Source of the DNA: Alphaproteobacteria bacterium | GTDB lineage: Bacteria > Pseudomonadota > Alphaproteobacteria > CBDDJK01 | Length of the DNA: 64,000 bases | Assembly: GCA_965229605.1 (NCBI GenBank) | Contig: OZ245892.1 | Coordinates: 2,506,944-2,570,943, forward strand | Reading direction: 5' to 3' | Shown here: piece after piece, positions 47,564-57,804 of the stretch | How positions within the stretch are numbered: the stretch's first letter is position 1 | Layout: each line of letters starts with the position of its first letter | Position numbers and translations under genes: made by a program | Notes under the pieces: generated by a model | The model's database searches: none | What the model was told of the DNA's origin: nothing | The model's input: the letters and a program-made list of their open reading frames with translations, nothing else

Positions 47564-49069
47564 ATGAATTATGCTATTTTTTGTCCAGACGGCTTGTCAA
47601 AGACGCCGAGCAGGCTGGCTTTATTGATTGGCTTGGTTATAGCGGCCAGTATCGGTATCGCCGGCTTATATTCTAGCCAAAAAGCAGTTTATTTGACAAA
47701 AAACCCAGATATTTGTGGTGTATATTGCGACATGGCACTGCATTATGGAACATATTTCGCAGACAAAAGTTTTGATAAATATTATTTTAGTAAATCAGCG
47801 GGATCTCTTTTTGTTTATGTTGGCGTCTCTACAGGTATCATTGACCCGGTCCCGGCTTCGGTGAATCAGGCCCTGGAAATTGTCTCTTTGCTGACAATGC
47901 TGGCAACTACGGCAGCCTGGTTTTCTATTTGTCATCGCATGGCCTTTGGTAATAGTGCCTTTATGCTCGGAATCGTTACCTTTTTTGTGAGCCAGCTATT
48001 TGTGTGGGACATTCCACTGGCCCAGGAAAGCCCGGATGCCATTGCATTATTTCTGGGTATGATGTTTATTTTGGGAATTGTAGCGAAATGCTATTGGTTG
48101 ATATTGGCGGTCTTTTTTTTGGCCTCTTTTTCTCAAACCCAATTGGCCTTATATATCGTGCCGGTCATTTTGTTTTGGAAATTACAATCGAAACCCGCAT
48201 CGGCATTCATTGTCAAGAATCTGGCAGGGTTGTTGAAATATTTTGCCAATAAGAATGTACGAGGAGCTGCATTGATCTTTGTTCTTTTCGTTGTATTGTT
48301 TTCTTTAGTGGCTTATGGATTGGCCCTGTTTCGAGGACCTTATCACGGATATGAGGCAACGATTGAAATATTGTGGCCCCTTAGCATTGTGGCAGCGTCT
48401 GGATTGTTGACTTGGTTGCTTATCAGAATGCGGATTTTTCATGCGGCCTGCAGATATTGCGGCTTTCTGGAGCAAAAAGAATTCTGGCTGCGCTTTTCCT
48501 TGATGGTGATCTTCTTTCTGATCAAGGGCGCATTCATCGAGTGGGTCGCGCAGGGTGAAGTCAAATCGTTGGCCAGCTCGACCGCTGGGGCTGCATATCT
48601 AACAGCTTCCATGCTATATTTGGGTGTTGAGGCTCCCTTAAAAAGCTGGATTGTTCATTTTTTCTATTTAGGGCCAATCATTTATTATTTTGCTAGCAGG
48701 ATTACAGCGGTTGACGATTTCGACCAAAATTACAGCCCCGGTTTCAGTCTGACGATTGCGGCTGTATTGGTGTTTTCGGTTAATTCGGAAAGTCGTCATT
48801 TTGTAGGATTCTTGCCCTGGTTGATGGTCGTGCCTCTTCTTTTAGATAAGGGTAATGTATCCCGGGCGTTTATGGTAGCTTATATTGTTCTGATGTTACT
48901 AAGCAGCCGGTTTTTTGTGGAAATCTGGCCTTCTGAACCAGCACAAGATTCCTGGCTTTTGACATGGGGTCCGTGGTGGACAATGGAACATTATTACATA
49001 TCCATTATTCCAGCAGCAATTGGGATTCTGATACTGGCCTGCGCTGACAAAATGCTGAAAAAAAACTAA
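47564..49069 (+). CDS. Multi-pass membrane protein, possible GT-C glycosyltransferase
   Basis: More than 10 hydrophobic segments; beside GtrA/GtrB-like genes; start uncertain. Confidence 0.6.
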   Translation: MNYAIFCPDGLSKTPSRLALLIGLVIAASIGIAGLYSSQKAVYLTKNPDICGVYCDMALHYGTYFADKSFDKYYFSKSAGSLFVYVGVSTGIIDPVPASVNQALEIVSLLTMLATTAAWFSICHRMAFGNSAFMLGIVTFFVSQLFVWDIPLAQESPDAIALFLGMMFILGIVAKCYWLILAVFFLASFSQTQLALYIVPVILFWKLQSKPASAFIVKNLAGLLKYFANKNVRGAALIFVLFVVLFSLVAYGLALFRGPYHGYEATIEILWPLSIVAASGLLTWLLIRMRIFHAACRYCGFLEQKEFWLRFSLMVIFFLIKGAFIEWVAQGEVKSLASSTAGAAYLTASMLYLGVEAPLKSWIVHFFYLGPIIYYFASRITAVDDFDQNYSPGFSLTIAAVLVFSVNSESRHFVGFLPWLMVVPLLLDKGNVSRAFMVAYIVLMLLSSRFFVEIWPSEPAQDSWLLTWGPWWTMEHYYISIIPAAIGILILACADKMLKKN

Positions 49070-49240
49070 GTGTCTGATTATTTTAAAAGCCGAATTTTCA
49101 GCATACCACACAATAATAATCATATATAGAGGATAAATATACGGTTGAACATGCATTCAGCGTATCTTAAAGACCAGTGATTCGCTGCAGTAAATACCTG
49201 AATTCGTATAGTTATCGCGTTCTATTAGCGGGGCCAGCAT

Positions 49241-50365
49241 ATGATATTTAGATTAGTGAAAGCAGGACTTTTTATCTTTTGCCTTTTTGTGGCCTATGCT
49301 TTTGGTATCATTTCAATGCGATATAATTTCTACCCGGTCGGCGAGCTCTATTTAAAACCGGAAGCCATTAAACAGGTCATTGATGATTATCGATATCAAT
49401 CAGGTTTGAAAGGCGAACATTCAAAGATTCTACGCATTTATGAGGAAGCAACGCATCCAGGCTTAAGGTCGGAAATCGCAGCGAAACTCATCATTCCGGA
49501 TCGAAAATATGTTTCTATGGCCCATGATTGTTCAATTTGTGCGAACAACGTCGCTTTGGAACATCACACGGTAACGACATATGACACGGTTCATAATGCA
49601 CATTACTATTATAACCGCAGAAAAAAATCCACACGCCTGGTTATCTATTTACAAGGGCATGGTGGCAGTCCTTATGAACATGACTACGCGCTAAACATCC
49701 TGTCGCAAGTGACAAAACGTGGTGACAGTATGTTATTAATGTCGATGACGGGATTAGGTCTTAATCAGGGTCCTGCCAGTTTCTCATCAACATTGTTTGG
49801 TAAAGACATAACACGAAAATTGCCAAAAGAACGCGCTGCTCAGCATCAGTTTTATGCTGAATTCCGAGATTCGACCCAACCTGATCTTATCGATATCGCA
49901 ATTATGATTTCCGGCAATTACCATCTTGTTAAAGAAATTTCTGAATCTTATACCGATATTGACATTGTTGGTGTCTCTGGCGGTGGCTGGTATAGTGTAT
50001 TCTTGGCTGCATTGCTGCCAGAAATTGACAATACCTATTCCTACGCAGGCTCTTTACCAATGGTCTACCGCGTAATTAAATCTAACAAAGGAGACTTTGA
50101 GCAATATGATAGCTTATTTTGGCAGGATTATGATTACTACCATTTATATTTCCTGTCGGTGATGGATAAAAATAACGATGCGACGCGGAAGCTGCATCTT
50201 GTTTATCATTCTAAAGATGAATGCTGTATGCGTGACCCCTATGCATCTGAGTTTAAGAACATGATGACAGACTTCATATCAAAGAGGCTTGATGTCACAG
50301 TTCTAAATCAGCGTGCTCATAAAATTAATGAATACCACTTACTTTCCCAACTCTATGTCGAGTAA
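49241..50365 (+). CDS. Membrane-anchored alpha/beta hydrolase-fold protein
   Basis: N-terminal TM; YLQGHGG; nucleophile elbow VGVSGGGW; late Asp and His. Confidence 0.65.
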   Translation: MIFRLVKAGLFIFCLFVAYAFGIISMRYNFYPVGELYLKPEAIKQVIDDYRYQSGLKGEHSKILRIYEEATHPGLRSEIAAKLIIPDRKYVSMAHDCSICANNVALEHHTVTTYDTVHNAHYYYNRRKKSTRLVIYLQGHGGSPYEHDYALNILSQVTKRGDSMLLMSMTGLGLNQGPASFSSTLFGKDITRKLPKERAAQHQFYAEFRDSTQPDLIDIAIMISGNYHLVKEISESYTDIDIVGVSGGGWYSVFLAALLPEIDNTYSYAGSLPMVYRVIKSNKGDFEQYDSLFWQDYDYYHLYFLSVMDKNNDATRKLHLVYHSKDECCMRDPYASEFKNMMTDFISKRLDVTVLNQRAHKINEYHLLSQLYVE

Positions 50366-50416
50366 GGACCAAAGAAGTAAAACAGCATATATGTGCAAAG
50401 AGGTAAGGATATAAGC

Positions 50417-51223
50417 ATGGGCAACAAATCGCGACAATCCGTATATGATGAAGGGTTCTTCAGCTATACAAGCCGTATTTCTGACCGGTCATCTGAAATT
50501 GCTGTTCCAATATTAAGCGGATTGTTGCCCGAAATATCCAGCGTGGTTGATTTTGGGGCTGCAGAATGTGTGTGGATCAGTAAATGGAAGAAAGTCGGCA
50601 TTGAAGATATTATCGGGATTGATGGCAATTATGTCGATCAGCAAAAATTGTGGATTAGCCCTGATAAATTTCACAGTGCCGATTTAAACAAGCCGATTGA
50701 CCTGAAGCGGCGTTTTGACTTTGCCTATAGTCTTGAAGTTGCAGAACATTTAAAACCGGAAGCATCAGCGGTCTTTGTAGAATCACTGGTGCGCCATTCG
50801 GACATCGTTTTGTTTTCGGCTGCCCCGCCAGGGCAGGGGGGCGAAAGCCACATTAATGAAAAGCCGATGGAGTTTTGGCGGGATCTTTTTGTTAAAAATG
50901 GCTATGCTGCCTATGATTGCATACGGCCAAAACTGATAAAGGAAACGGATATTTCCTATTGGTATCGATACAATGCACTTCTTTATATCAAGAAAGGCCG
51001 CGAAGAACTTGTTTCCCGCCATATTCTGGATACACGTTTAGAGGATGATGCAAAAATTCTCGACATATCACCGATGTGGTTCAAAATGCGCAAGGCCGTT
51101 GTCAGAATGCTCCCTGTATCATGGCAAAATGTTCTGGCCCGATTAAAGGCTAGAAAAAAATTCAAAGCGGGTTTGATCCTGACCCTGAAAAATAAAACAG
51201 TTTTCATTCTGGTCCAAGAATAA
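50417..51223 (+). CDS. Class I SAM-dependent methyltransferase
   Basis: SVVDFGA, GIDG, SLEVAEHL, FSAAPPGQGGESHINE. Confidence 0.88.
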   Translation: MGNKSRQSVYDEGFFSYTSRISDRSSEIAVPILSGLLPEISSVVDFGAAECVWISKWKKVGIEDIIGIDGNYVDQQKLWISPDKFHSADLNKPIDLKRRFDFAYSLEVAEHLKPEASAVFVESLVRHSDIVLFSAAPPGQGGESHINEKPMEFWRDLFVKNGYAAYDCIRPKLIKETDISYWYRYNALLYIKKGREELVSRHILDTRLEDDAKILDISPMWFKMRKAVVRMLPVSWQNVLARLKARKKFKAGLILTLKNKTVFILVQE

Positions 51224-52236
51224 TGAACGATGACGATTATATTTTGGTGACAGGTGGAGCCGGTTTTATTGGCTCTCATATTTGCCTGAAACTCCAGGAG
51301 AGTGGATATCGTCCTTTGGTGTTTGATAATTTTAGCAATGGTCATCGCGATGCAGTGGTGGGCTTTGATATCATCGAGGGAGATATACGTGACTCAACTG
51401 CGCTTTCCAGCTTGTTCCAGAAATATAATATCGCTGCGGTCATTCATATGGCTGGTTTGATCGAAGCAGGTGTTTCTGTACATGATCCTGCGCCGTTCTA
51501 TGATGTTAACACGCTTGGCAGTTTCCGCTTGCTGGAGGCGATGCGGCAGTTTGACCGGAGGCATCTTGTTTTTTCGTCAACGGCAGCTCTTTATGGCAAT
51601 AACGAAACACCTTTATTGCACGAAGAACTATCGGTCGCACCAGTGAATCCCTATGGAACGTCAAAAGCTGTTGTTGAAATGATGCTTCGCGATTTTGTGG
51701 GGATCTATGGTTTCAGCGCAACAGCCTTACGCTATTTTAACGCAACCGGGGCAGATCCAGCCGGGCGGGCTGGAGAACGCCATAATCCAGAGAGTCATTT
51801 GATTCCAATTGCACTTCAAGCTGCAGCAGGACTGCGGTCTGGTATGAAGCTGTATGGAACTGATTACGATACCCTAGATGGAACTTGTATACGTGACTAT
51901 GTTCATGTTGATGATCTGGCTGATGCGCATGTAAAGGCAGTTACCAGATTATTGGGAATGAGGTCCCCGGCGTTTGATGTAATGAATATTGGTACCGGGA
52001 ATGGTTGTTCGGTTCGTGATATCTTGGATTTATGCCGTAAAATTACAGGCGTTGATTTTAAGATTGAGGAAACTGCTCGCCGGGCCGGTGACCCCTCGTC
52101 TCTGGTCGCTGACGCAGCTAAAGCGCAAAGACTATTGGGGTGGAAAGCCAAATACCCGGAACCAGAAGATATGATCCGCCACGCTTGGCAATTTATAAAG
52201 CAAGGGAACAAACCTATTCAACACGGAAAGAACTGA
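51223..52236 (+). CDS. galE: UDP-glucose 4-epimerase
   Basis: VTGGAGFIGSH, FSSTAA, PYGTSK, LRYFN, DGTCIRDYVHV. Confidence 0.93.
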   Translation: MNDDDYILVTGGAGFIGSHICLKLQESGYRPLVFDNFSNGHRDAVVGFDIIEGDIRDSTALSSLFQKYNIAAVIHMAGLIEAGVSVHDPAPFYDVNTLGSFRLLEAMRQFDRRHLVFSSTAALYGNNETPLLHEELSVAPVNPYGTSKAVVEMMLRDFVGIYGFSATALRYFNATGADPAGRAGERHNPESHLIPIALQAAAGLRSGMKLYGTDYDTLDGTCIRDYVHVDDLADAHVKAVTRLLGMRSPAFDVMNIGTGNGCSVRDILDLCRKITGVDFKIEETARRAGDPSSLVADAAKAQRLLGWKAKYPEPEDMIRHAWQFIKQGNKPIQHGKN

Positions 52237-53093
52237 CGTCTTGTTTTTGAATATTTCGCAGAGGCTGAAAATCTAAACAGACTTGCTGCCAACTTGTTGA
52301 AAACGGAAACAGGAAGAATCTGATAAATCAATTCCCATCCGGCATAAAGCCATAAAGGCCTTGTGGATGCTTTGTTTCTCCACTGCTTCCATAAGTTGAC
52401 CAGCCGTTTGGCTTGATAGAGGTCCGTGTGTTTATTACGAATAAAAGACCAAAGCTCGGCGTGACGGCTGCGTGAGGTGCTTGCCAGCATTCCTGTTTTT
52501 TGTACGCGATAATGAAAGAGAGGAGCCGGAATGACCGCTCCATGATATCCTGCTTTGCCCAGACGAATATTCCAATCCCAGTCTTCGTACCCTTTGCGCA
52601 TTGTTTCGTCATAACCGCCCAGTTCTTCCCAGCAGCTCTTTGGTTGCAAAAGACAGTATGGCAGTTGATTCAAAAAAAGCTGCTCAAAGAAATTATAATT
52701 CTTTTGCATTATACCATCAGATTCTGCTTCCAGCTTAAGCCATGCGAAAGCAAAATGAATGTCTGGGCGGCTGTTAATCAATTCCAACCCTTTTTCTATG
52801 AAGTTTGGTTCGAGCCAGTCATCACAGTCTAAAGGCAGGACATAATCCCCGCGTGCTTTTTGGAAGCCAGTATTTCTTGCACCAGGCAGGCCTTTGTTTT
52901 CCTGCCTGATCAGCGTAATATCGTCAGTCATACTCTCTAAATAGCTAATGGTGTCAAAATCAGTGGAGCCATCATCTATGACCAGTATTTCGCACGGTTT
53001 GCAGGTTTGCTGGCGAACAGACTCCAAGGCCTGATCCAGAAATTTATGTCCGTTGTAGCAAGGAATGATAACGGAAACGCGAATATCTATCAT
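52218..53093 (-). CDS. Glycosyltransferase family 2
   Basis: VSVIIPCYN, DDGSTD, GARNTG, LDCDD, EDWD. Confidence 0.92.
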   Translation of the reverse strand: MIDIRVSVIIPCYNGHKFLDQALESVRQQTCKPCEILVIDDGSTDFDTISYLESMTDDITLIRQENKGLPGARNTGFQKARGDYVLPLDCDDWLEPNFIEKGLELINSRPDIHFAFAWLKLEAESDGIMQKNYNFFEQLFLNQLPYCLLQPKSCWEELGGYDETMRKGYEDWDWNIRLGKAGYHGAVIPAPLFHYRVQKTGMLASTSRSRHAELWSFIRNKHTDLYQAKRLVNLWKQWRNKASTRPLWLYAGWELIYQILPVSVFNKLAASLFRFSASAKYSKTRRQFFPC

Positions 53094-53866
53094 TTTATCA
53101 CTTTTTTCCTGTTATTAATATAGCAAACAGCCCATATTTCGCTCCAAACAGTACGCAGGCTTTCAATGCTCAGGCCTGCGCTTGTGATTTCATCTTCAAA
53201 TTCTTTAATTGTATGTTCAATAAAGTGCGTGCGGTCGTTAAAATAAGTTATCCCCAGTTCCTTACGCATAGGAACATGCCATTCGCGCTCGAAAGCGGGA
53301 ACACGAATCATTATGGTTTTTGGATTTAGCTTGCTCTGCAGGCGACGCAAAAAGGCCTGACGCTCTTCAATATGCTCAAGGACATTTGAAAGGATAACAA
53401 TATCAGCAGAACCTTCAGGCAGGACTTCAAACGCGTCCCCAAAAAGAAAAGAGAGATTTTCTGGATTATCAGAGGCTATAGCTTGATGGTACCGCCCTTC
53501 GTCCATTTCAACACCCACGACAGTTGTATGGCTAACTCTGTTGGCAATCGACCGAGCGACGGCACCATATCCACATCCAATATCGATAACTTTTTGGCCC
53601 GGTTTGATATAGTCAACAAAAAAATCATGATATTTCATCAAGCGATGCTTTGGATGCTCACCTCCCTCATAAGCCATAGCGCGTTCTGAAAGTAAGCGGT
53701 CCATATTATCACGCATTGGGTATAACCGTCGCAAAGCATCAGCAGGTGTGCCAATTCGCGATTCCAGCATGAGCAAGCCAAATATCAATTTCTCCCGCAA
53801 CCTCGCTGGTATCAGGCGGTAAAACAATGATAAAAAAGCAATAAGAGATAATAAAAATTTCCTCAT
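53090..53866 (-). CDS. Class I SAM-dependent methyltransferase
   Basis: VIDIGCGYG, LSNVLEHI. Confidence 0.88.
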   Translation of the reverse strand: MRKFLLSLIAFLSLFYRLIPARLREKLIFGLLMLESRIGTPADALRRLYPMRDNMDRLLSERAMAYEGGEHPKHRLMKYHDFFVDYIKPGQKVIDIGCGYGAVARSIANRVSHTTVVGVEMDEGRYHQAIASDNPENLSFLFGDAFEVLPEGSADIVILSNVLEHIEERQAFLRRLQSKLNPKTIMIRVPAFEREWHVPMRKELGITYFNDRTHFIEHTIKEFEDEITSAGLSIESLRTVWSEIWAVCYINNRKKVIK

Positions 53867-53871
53867 CGTGA

Positions 53872-54951
53872 TCAATTCCCGGATAATTCACAAAATATTT
53901 GTTGATGGCGCTCAATCCATTTTTTTATGTCAAATTGCGCCACTGCGCGCTGACGCGCTGCAAGTTGGCGCGCTGGAAGATCCTTCAGGATTTGCTTCAT
54001 GCCCTTCGCAATCTCCATCTGTTCAGGCACATAATTGGCCTCAAAGCCTTGCTGTACCGGAAGAGAAATCCCACAATTCCCCGATGCAAGTTCTGGCACA
54101 CCTCCAGAATCACTGTATAAAATTGCCAGACCGCTGGCCATAGCCTCCAAAACGGTGTTCGGGCAAGGATCATTATGTTTCAGCATCACATAAACATCAG
54201 CCTGCTGATAAACTGAAGGTGCTTCCTCCTGGCTATAGGCCCCTGTAAACGAAACCAGATCAATAATATCCAGCTCTCGGGCAAGCGATACGGCTTTATC
54301 AGTAACAGTTTCAGACATCCATCCAGCAACTGTCAAGGTTGCCTCCAGCCCATTGTCAAGCGCGGCTCCAAAGCCGCGCAATGTTGCCTCTAATCGGTAG
54401 TACATATGATCATCTATCTTTCCGGCTACTAAAAAGACGGGTTTGGTTATGTTGCGCTCAATCGGCCGGAAATGATTAACATCTACAGCATTATAGAGAA
54501 TTTCTACAGGACCTTTTCGCGCACCCAGAAACTGCCGTGCACAATCATAACAGAATTGACTCTGGCAAAAAGCATAATCTGCAACATGCCAGGCCTTGGC
54601 CATTTCCTTGTTTTTTGCCTGCCAGTCACCATCAAACCAGCCGCTATAGAAAACGCCATTTTGATTCAATATAATGGGAATCCCCCGCCATTTCAGGAAT
54701 TTAATGGAAAATGACGTCAGGTATGGTGTGTTTGATAACAAATAGACAATAGAAAACCCAAATCGAAATTCAGGAAAAAACTGCTGAAGACGCTTAACCT
54801 TCACAAGAGGCCCCCCTAAATCGCCTGAACGGGCACCACCGTACCAGACTTTTATTGCTTGCTTTCTCACCGACGAAAACACCAGCAAGCTTTGCAGATT
54901 ACGCCACCCCCAGCGCAAAATTCTTTTTCGTAAAGGATCGATCGCAGACAT
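53872..54951 (-). CDS. Glycosyltransferase family 4
   Basis: YNAVD, DPCPNTVLEAMASGL, SGGVPEL. Confidence 0.9.
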   Translation of the reverse strand: MSAIDPLRKRILRWGWRNLQSLLVFSSVRKQAIKVWYGGARSGDLGGPLVKVKRLQQFFPEFRFGFSIVYLLSNTPYLTSFSIKFLKWRGIPIILNQNGVFYSGWFDGDWQAKNKEMAKAWHVADYAFCQSQFCYDCARQFLGARKGPVEILYNAVDVNHFRPIERNITKPVFLVAGKIDDHMYYRLEATLRGFGAALDNGLEATLTVAGWMSETVTDKAVSLARELDIIDLVSFTGAYSQEEAPSVYQQADVYVMLKHNDPCPNTVLEAMASGLAILYSDSGGVPELASGNCGISLPVQQGFEANYVPEQMEIAKGMKQILKDLPARQLAARQRAVAQFDIKKWIERHQQIFCELSGN

Positions 54952-55988
54952 TAGCGCATTAATCCATGCTTTAATCTAAACCACAAACGATCCATGCGTG
55001 GATGCCGCGCCGCAATGACTGAACGTCGATTCTGATTCAGCTGTGTAAACAAATCCAACCAGTCAGTACAGGTCTTGCGCAGGTTATGTGGATAAGAGGA
55101 TATTTTCGTTTGCCAAAAATCATAATTGCCCAATAATTCTTCTAGCTGCTGCTCAAAACTTGGAATATTATGAAATGCCAGCCCATAGCCGCCAAGATAT
55201 TCGGGCATGCAGCCACTGGCGAGATACAGAACAGGCAAGCCGCATTGCGCCCCTTCATTCTGATGATTGCCGCCTGGTTCATTTATCGAACCGGTTACAT
55301 AAGCATGCTGTTTGCGCAATGCATCTGCCAGAAACTGACCAGATAAGGGGGAAATATGGTGTGCATGCCTGAATTGATACCCTTTAGGCAAATTGCCAAT
55401 ATATGTAAAATCTATACGATTCGCCCAGGAAGGTTCAAACAGCATTTTATCCAGATGATCATAGATATCAAAGCCTTTCATCCAGTTGCCGGCCCAGTGA
55501 TGAGTGACCAGTTTCAATTTGCCTTGATGATCCCAGGGGTTGAAACCATGGCTGTTATAAACAGCCAGATCTGCGCCGTTCAGAATGACGCTTGATGACA
55601 TTTGATCTGTGCCAAGCCATACGTCCAGATCTTTCAACCAGCTGCCAACAAAAACAGTGTGATCAGCCGCTTCATTACAGAGCTTCAGCATCCGGTTCAT
55701 ATTTTTGGTGTTTTTACGCTCGTCACATTCGTTAATCCGGTGGACGATTATACAATCAGGATTACGCCGCTGAACATAGCGCCAAGCTGCATTATAACTG
55801 AAAGGAATGGATTTGTTGCGGCGCCCGAACCGCGGGTCGGAGAGAAGAATAAAATCAATATCAGAGTCCTCCAACCCTTGAACAACACGATGCCCGGCTT
55901 TCTCTAAAGCGTGGATAAGACCAGAGAAAAAACTGTTGCCGCCCCCCCATGGTCCTGGTTGAACGTTATAAGCAATGCATATTTTCAT
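54951..55988 (-). CDS. Glycosyltransferase (GT-B, GT4-like)
   Basis: GPWGGGN, ILNGAD, KGFD, EPGGNHQNEGAQCGLP (Ex7E). Confidence 0.8.
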   Translation of the reverse strand: MKICIAYNVQPGPWGGGNSFFSGLIHALEKAGHRVVQGLEDSDIDFILLSDPRFGRRNKSIPFSYNAAWRYVQRRNPDCIIVHRINECDERKNTKNMNRMLKLCNEAADHTVFVGSWLKDLDVWLGTDQMSSSVILNGADLAVYNSHGFNPWDHQGKLKLVTHHWAGNWMKGFDIYDHLDKMLFEPSWANRIDFTYIGNLPKGYQFRHAHHISPLSGQFLADALRKQHAYVTGSINEPGGNHQNEGAQCGLPVLYLASGCMPEYLGGYGLAFHNIPSFEQQLEELLGNYDFWQTKISSYPHNLRKTCTDWLDLFTQLNQNRRSVIAARHPRMDRLWFRLKHGLMR

Positions 55989-55998
55989 GATGCTGCTT

Positions 55999-57006
55999 CT
56001 ACGTTCTGCCCAAAAGAGAGGTAATCGCTTTTTGAACCTCGCTTGTCTTCAGCGACCTCATGCATTTATGTCCATTGTTACACCAGCCAAGATTGCCGCA
56101 TGGTGCGCAATCAACATAGTGACAAAGGATTTTTTGCTGGTCTGCATAACCTGCAAATTCCGGCAATGTGATGCCTCCCCATAGAATCAACGCAGGAACA
56201 TCAACTGCCGAAGCGGCATGCATAAGGCCCCCTTCGGTCCCAATAAATAGTGCAGATCGTTTCATCAACAGGGCAGCTTCCCGGAAACTGGTTTTGTTTT
56301 TCAGATCAATAACGCCTTCAAGTGGCTCAGCATTGCCGACTCCGACTTGAATCCTCTGGTGGTCCGGATATGCCTCTTGAAGCCAATTAACGATTTCTTG
56401 CCAGCGCTCTTCAGGCCAGGCACGCAACTTTCCAAACCAGTCCTGGTTGGTTTCTGGCTCCAGAATGATAAACGACTTATGCAAGCCATATTCTGAAATG
56501 AGTTCATCAATTTTCTGCTGTTCCCTTACATCAAAATACAAGTGACATTTTGGAACATCCACTTTGATCCCAAAAGGTTTTCCGATAATCTGGGCTGCAT
56601 GTCCTCCTGTTTTCCAAACCGTGTTTGTTTTACTCTGGCTAGCTGCGTATGAGTGAATGCGCATATCAATATGGACAAGAAGCGGACCTTGTTTTTCGTG
56701 AAAAGCCTTTATGCTTCTGCGAAAAACCCAATTTTCATATCGGCGACGAACGAGGTCAGGAGATATGGTCTTTTCAAACAAGAAATCCACAGCATGCGTG
56801 ATCGCGTTCTTCTGAACCGGGACAATCTGTTGTATAGTTGGATTGTCTTTGAAAATAATATCATTGGCATAGCTTCTATCGCCACGCCACAAGCGGCCAA
56901 AAATCAAATCTGTCAGCATTGGTGTATCGCAAGCCGTTGCATGCTGTCCGTTATTGGCAGCAGCAGCAAAGACACTTGTCCATATTAAATTACCGCCAAA
57001 GCCCAT
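55999..57006 (-). CDS. Glycosyltransferase family 9 (heptosyltransferase-like)
   Basis: MGFGG, DLKNKTS, FIGTEGGLMHAASA, CAPC..C..KCM tail. Confidence 0.85.
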   Translation of the reverse strand: MGFGGNLIWTSVFAAAANNGQHATACDTPMLTDLIFGRLWRGDRSYANDIIFKDNPTIQQIVPVQKNAITHAVDFLFEKTISPDLVRRRYENWVFRRSIKAFHEKQGPLLVHIDMRIHSYAASQSKTNTVWKTGGHAAQIIGKPFGIKVDVPKCHLYFDVREQQKIDELISEYGLHKSFIILEPETNQDWFGKLRAWPEERWQEIVNWLQEAYPDHQRIQVGVGNAEPLEGVIDLKNKTSFREAALLMKRSALFIGTEGGLMHAASAVDVPALILWGGITLPEFAGYADQQKILCHYVDCAPCGNLGWCNNGHKCMRSLKTSEVQKAITSLLGRT

Positions 57007-57018
57007 AATGCTACCTGC

Positions 57019-57804
57019 TTAGGACGCTGCAGATTTCTTGCCAAAAACAATGCGCGCCTGTCCAGATGAACCTTCTCCCGTTTCAGGGTTTTTTGGTAAA
57101 TTATCCTCATAGTCAAGAATGTCAAAATGTTGGCCAATAAGATGTCGCATATTGGAAGGATTGATAAAAAGACTACAGTCACGCAATGCAAAATCGCGGT
57201 CACTTGCTTCAATCACATCCCCCGTTTCGGTTTTCCCATAATATATATGGGCAACTCCATTTTTATTCAGCAGCCTTTTAATGTGTTCAAGGTAAAATTC
57301 AATTTCTTTTTTAGAATCAAAGTGCTGAAATACAATAAAGCTATAAACAAAATCTATACACCCGTCTTCAAGATCTTTAAGACTATCACGATGCAGCAGA
57401 TGGAAATTAGAGACTTCTTCATATTCAAGATAGCGTCGCGTATTCGCAAATGCTTTATGGATGTCAACACCTATAGCTTCATTGAATTCGCGTGCCGCTT
57501 GCGCCAGCAAGCGCCCCCCGCCAAATCCAATTTCTAATGAGCGGCCTTTTCCTATATCGGCAAAAGCGGTCGTATTCTGAAACCGAAATTTCCAATCTCG
57601 TTGTGCTGCCGCGCGTGTATCTTCCAACGAACTTGTCTTGTCGAACCAATTCATAAACTCTGTCAAATCGTCAAATTTTTCTGGTGTTTGCTCCCATGTC
57701 TCCCGAACAGGAGTCGATTGATTCAGCAAACGTCTTTTTAAAACGTCTAAAGCTATAAAACATAAAATTTTGAAATTATTCATTATGTTCCACCAATTGT
57801 TCAA
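57019..57804 (-). CDS. Class I SAM-dependent methyltransferase
   Basis: LEIGFGGGR, GVDI, DFVYSFIVFQH. Confidence 0.85.
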   Translation of the reverse strand: MNNWWNIMNNFKILCFIALDVLKRRLLNQSTPVRETWEQTPEKFDDLTEFMNWFDKTSSLEDTRAAAQRDWKFRFQNTTAFADIGKGRSLEIGFGGGRLLAQAAREFNEAIGVDIHKAFANTRRYLEYEEVSNFHLLHRDSLKDLEDGCIDFVYSFIVFQHFDSKKEIEFYLEHIKRLLNKNGVAHIYYGKTETGDVIEASDRDFALRDCSLFINPSNMRHLIGQHFDILDYEDNLPKNPETGEGSSGQARIVFGKKSAAS

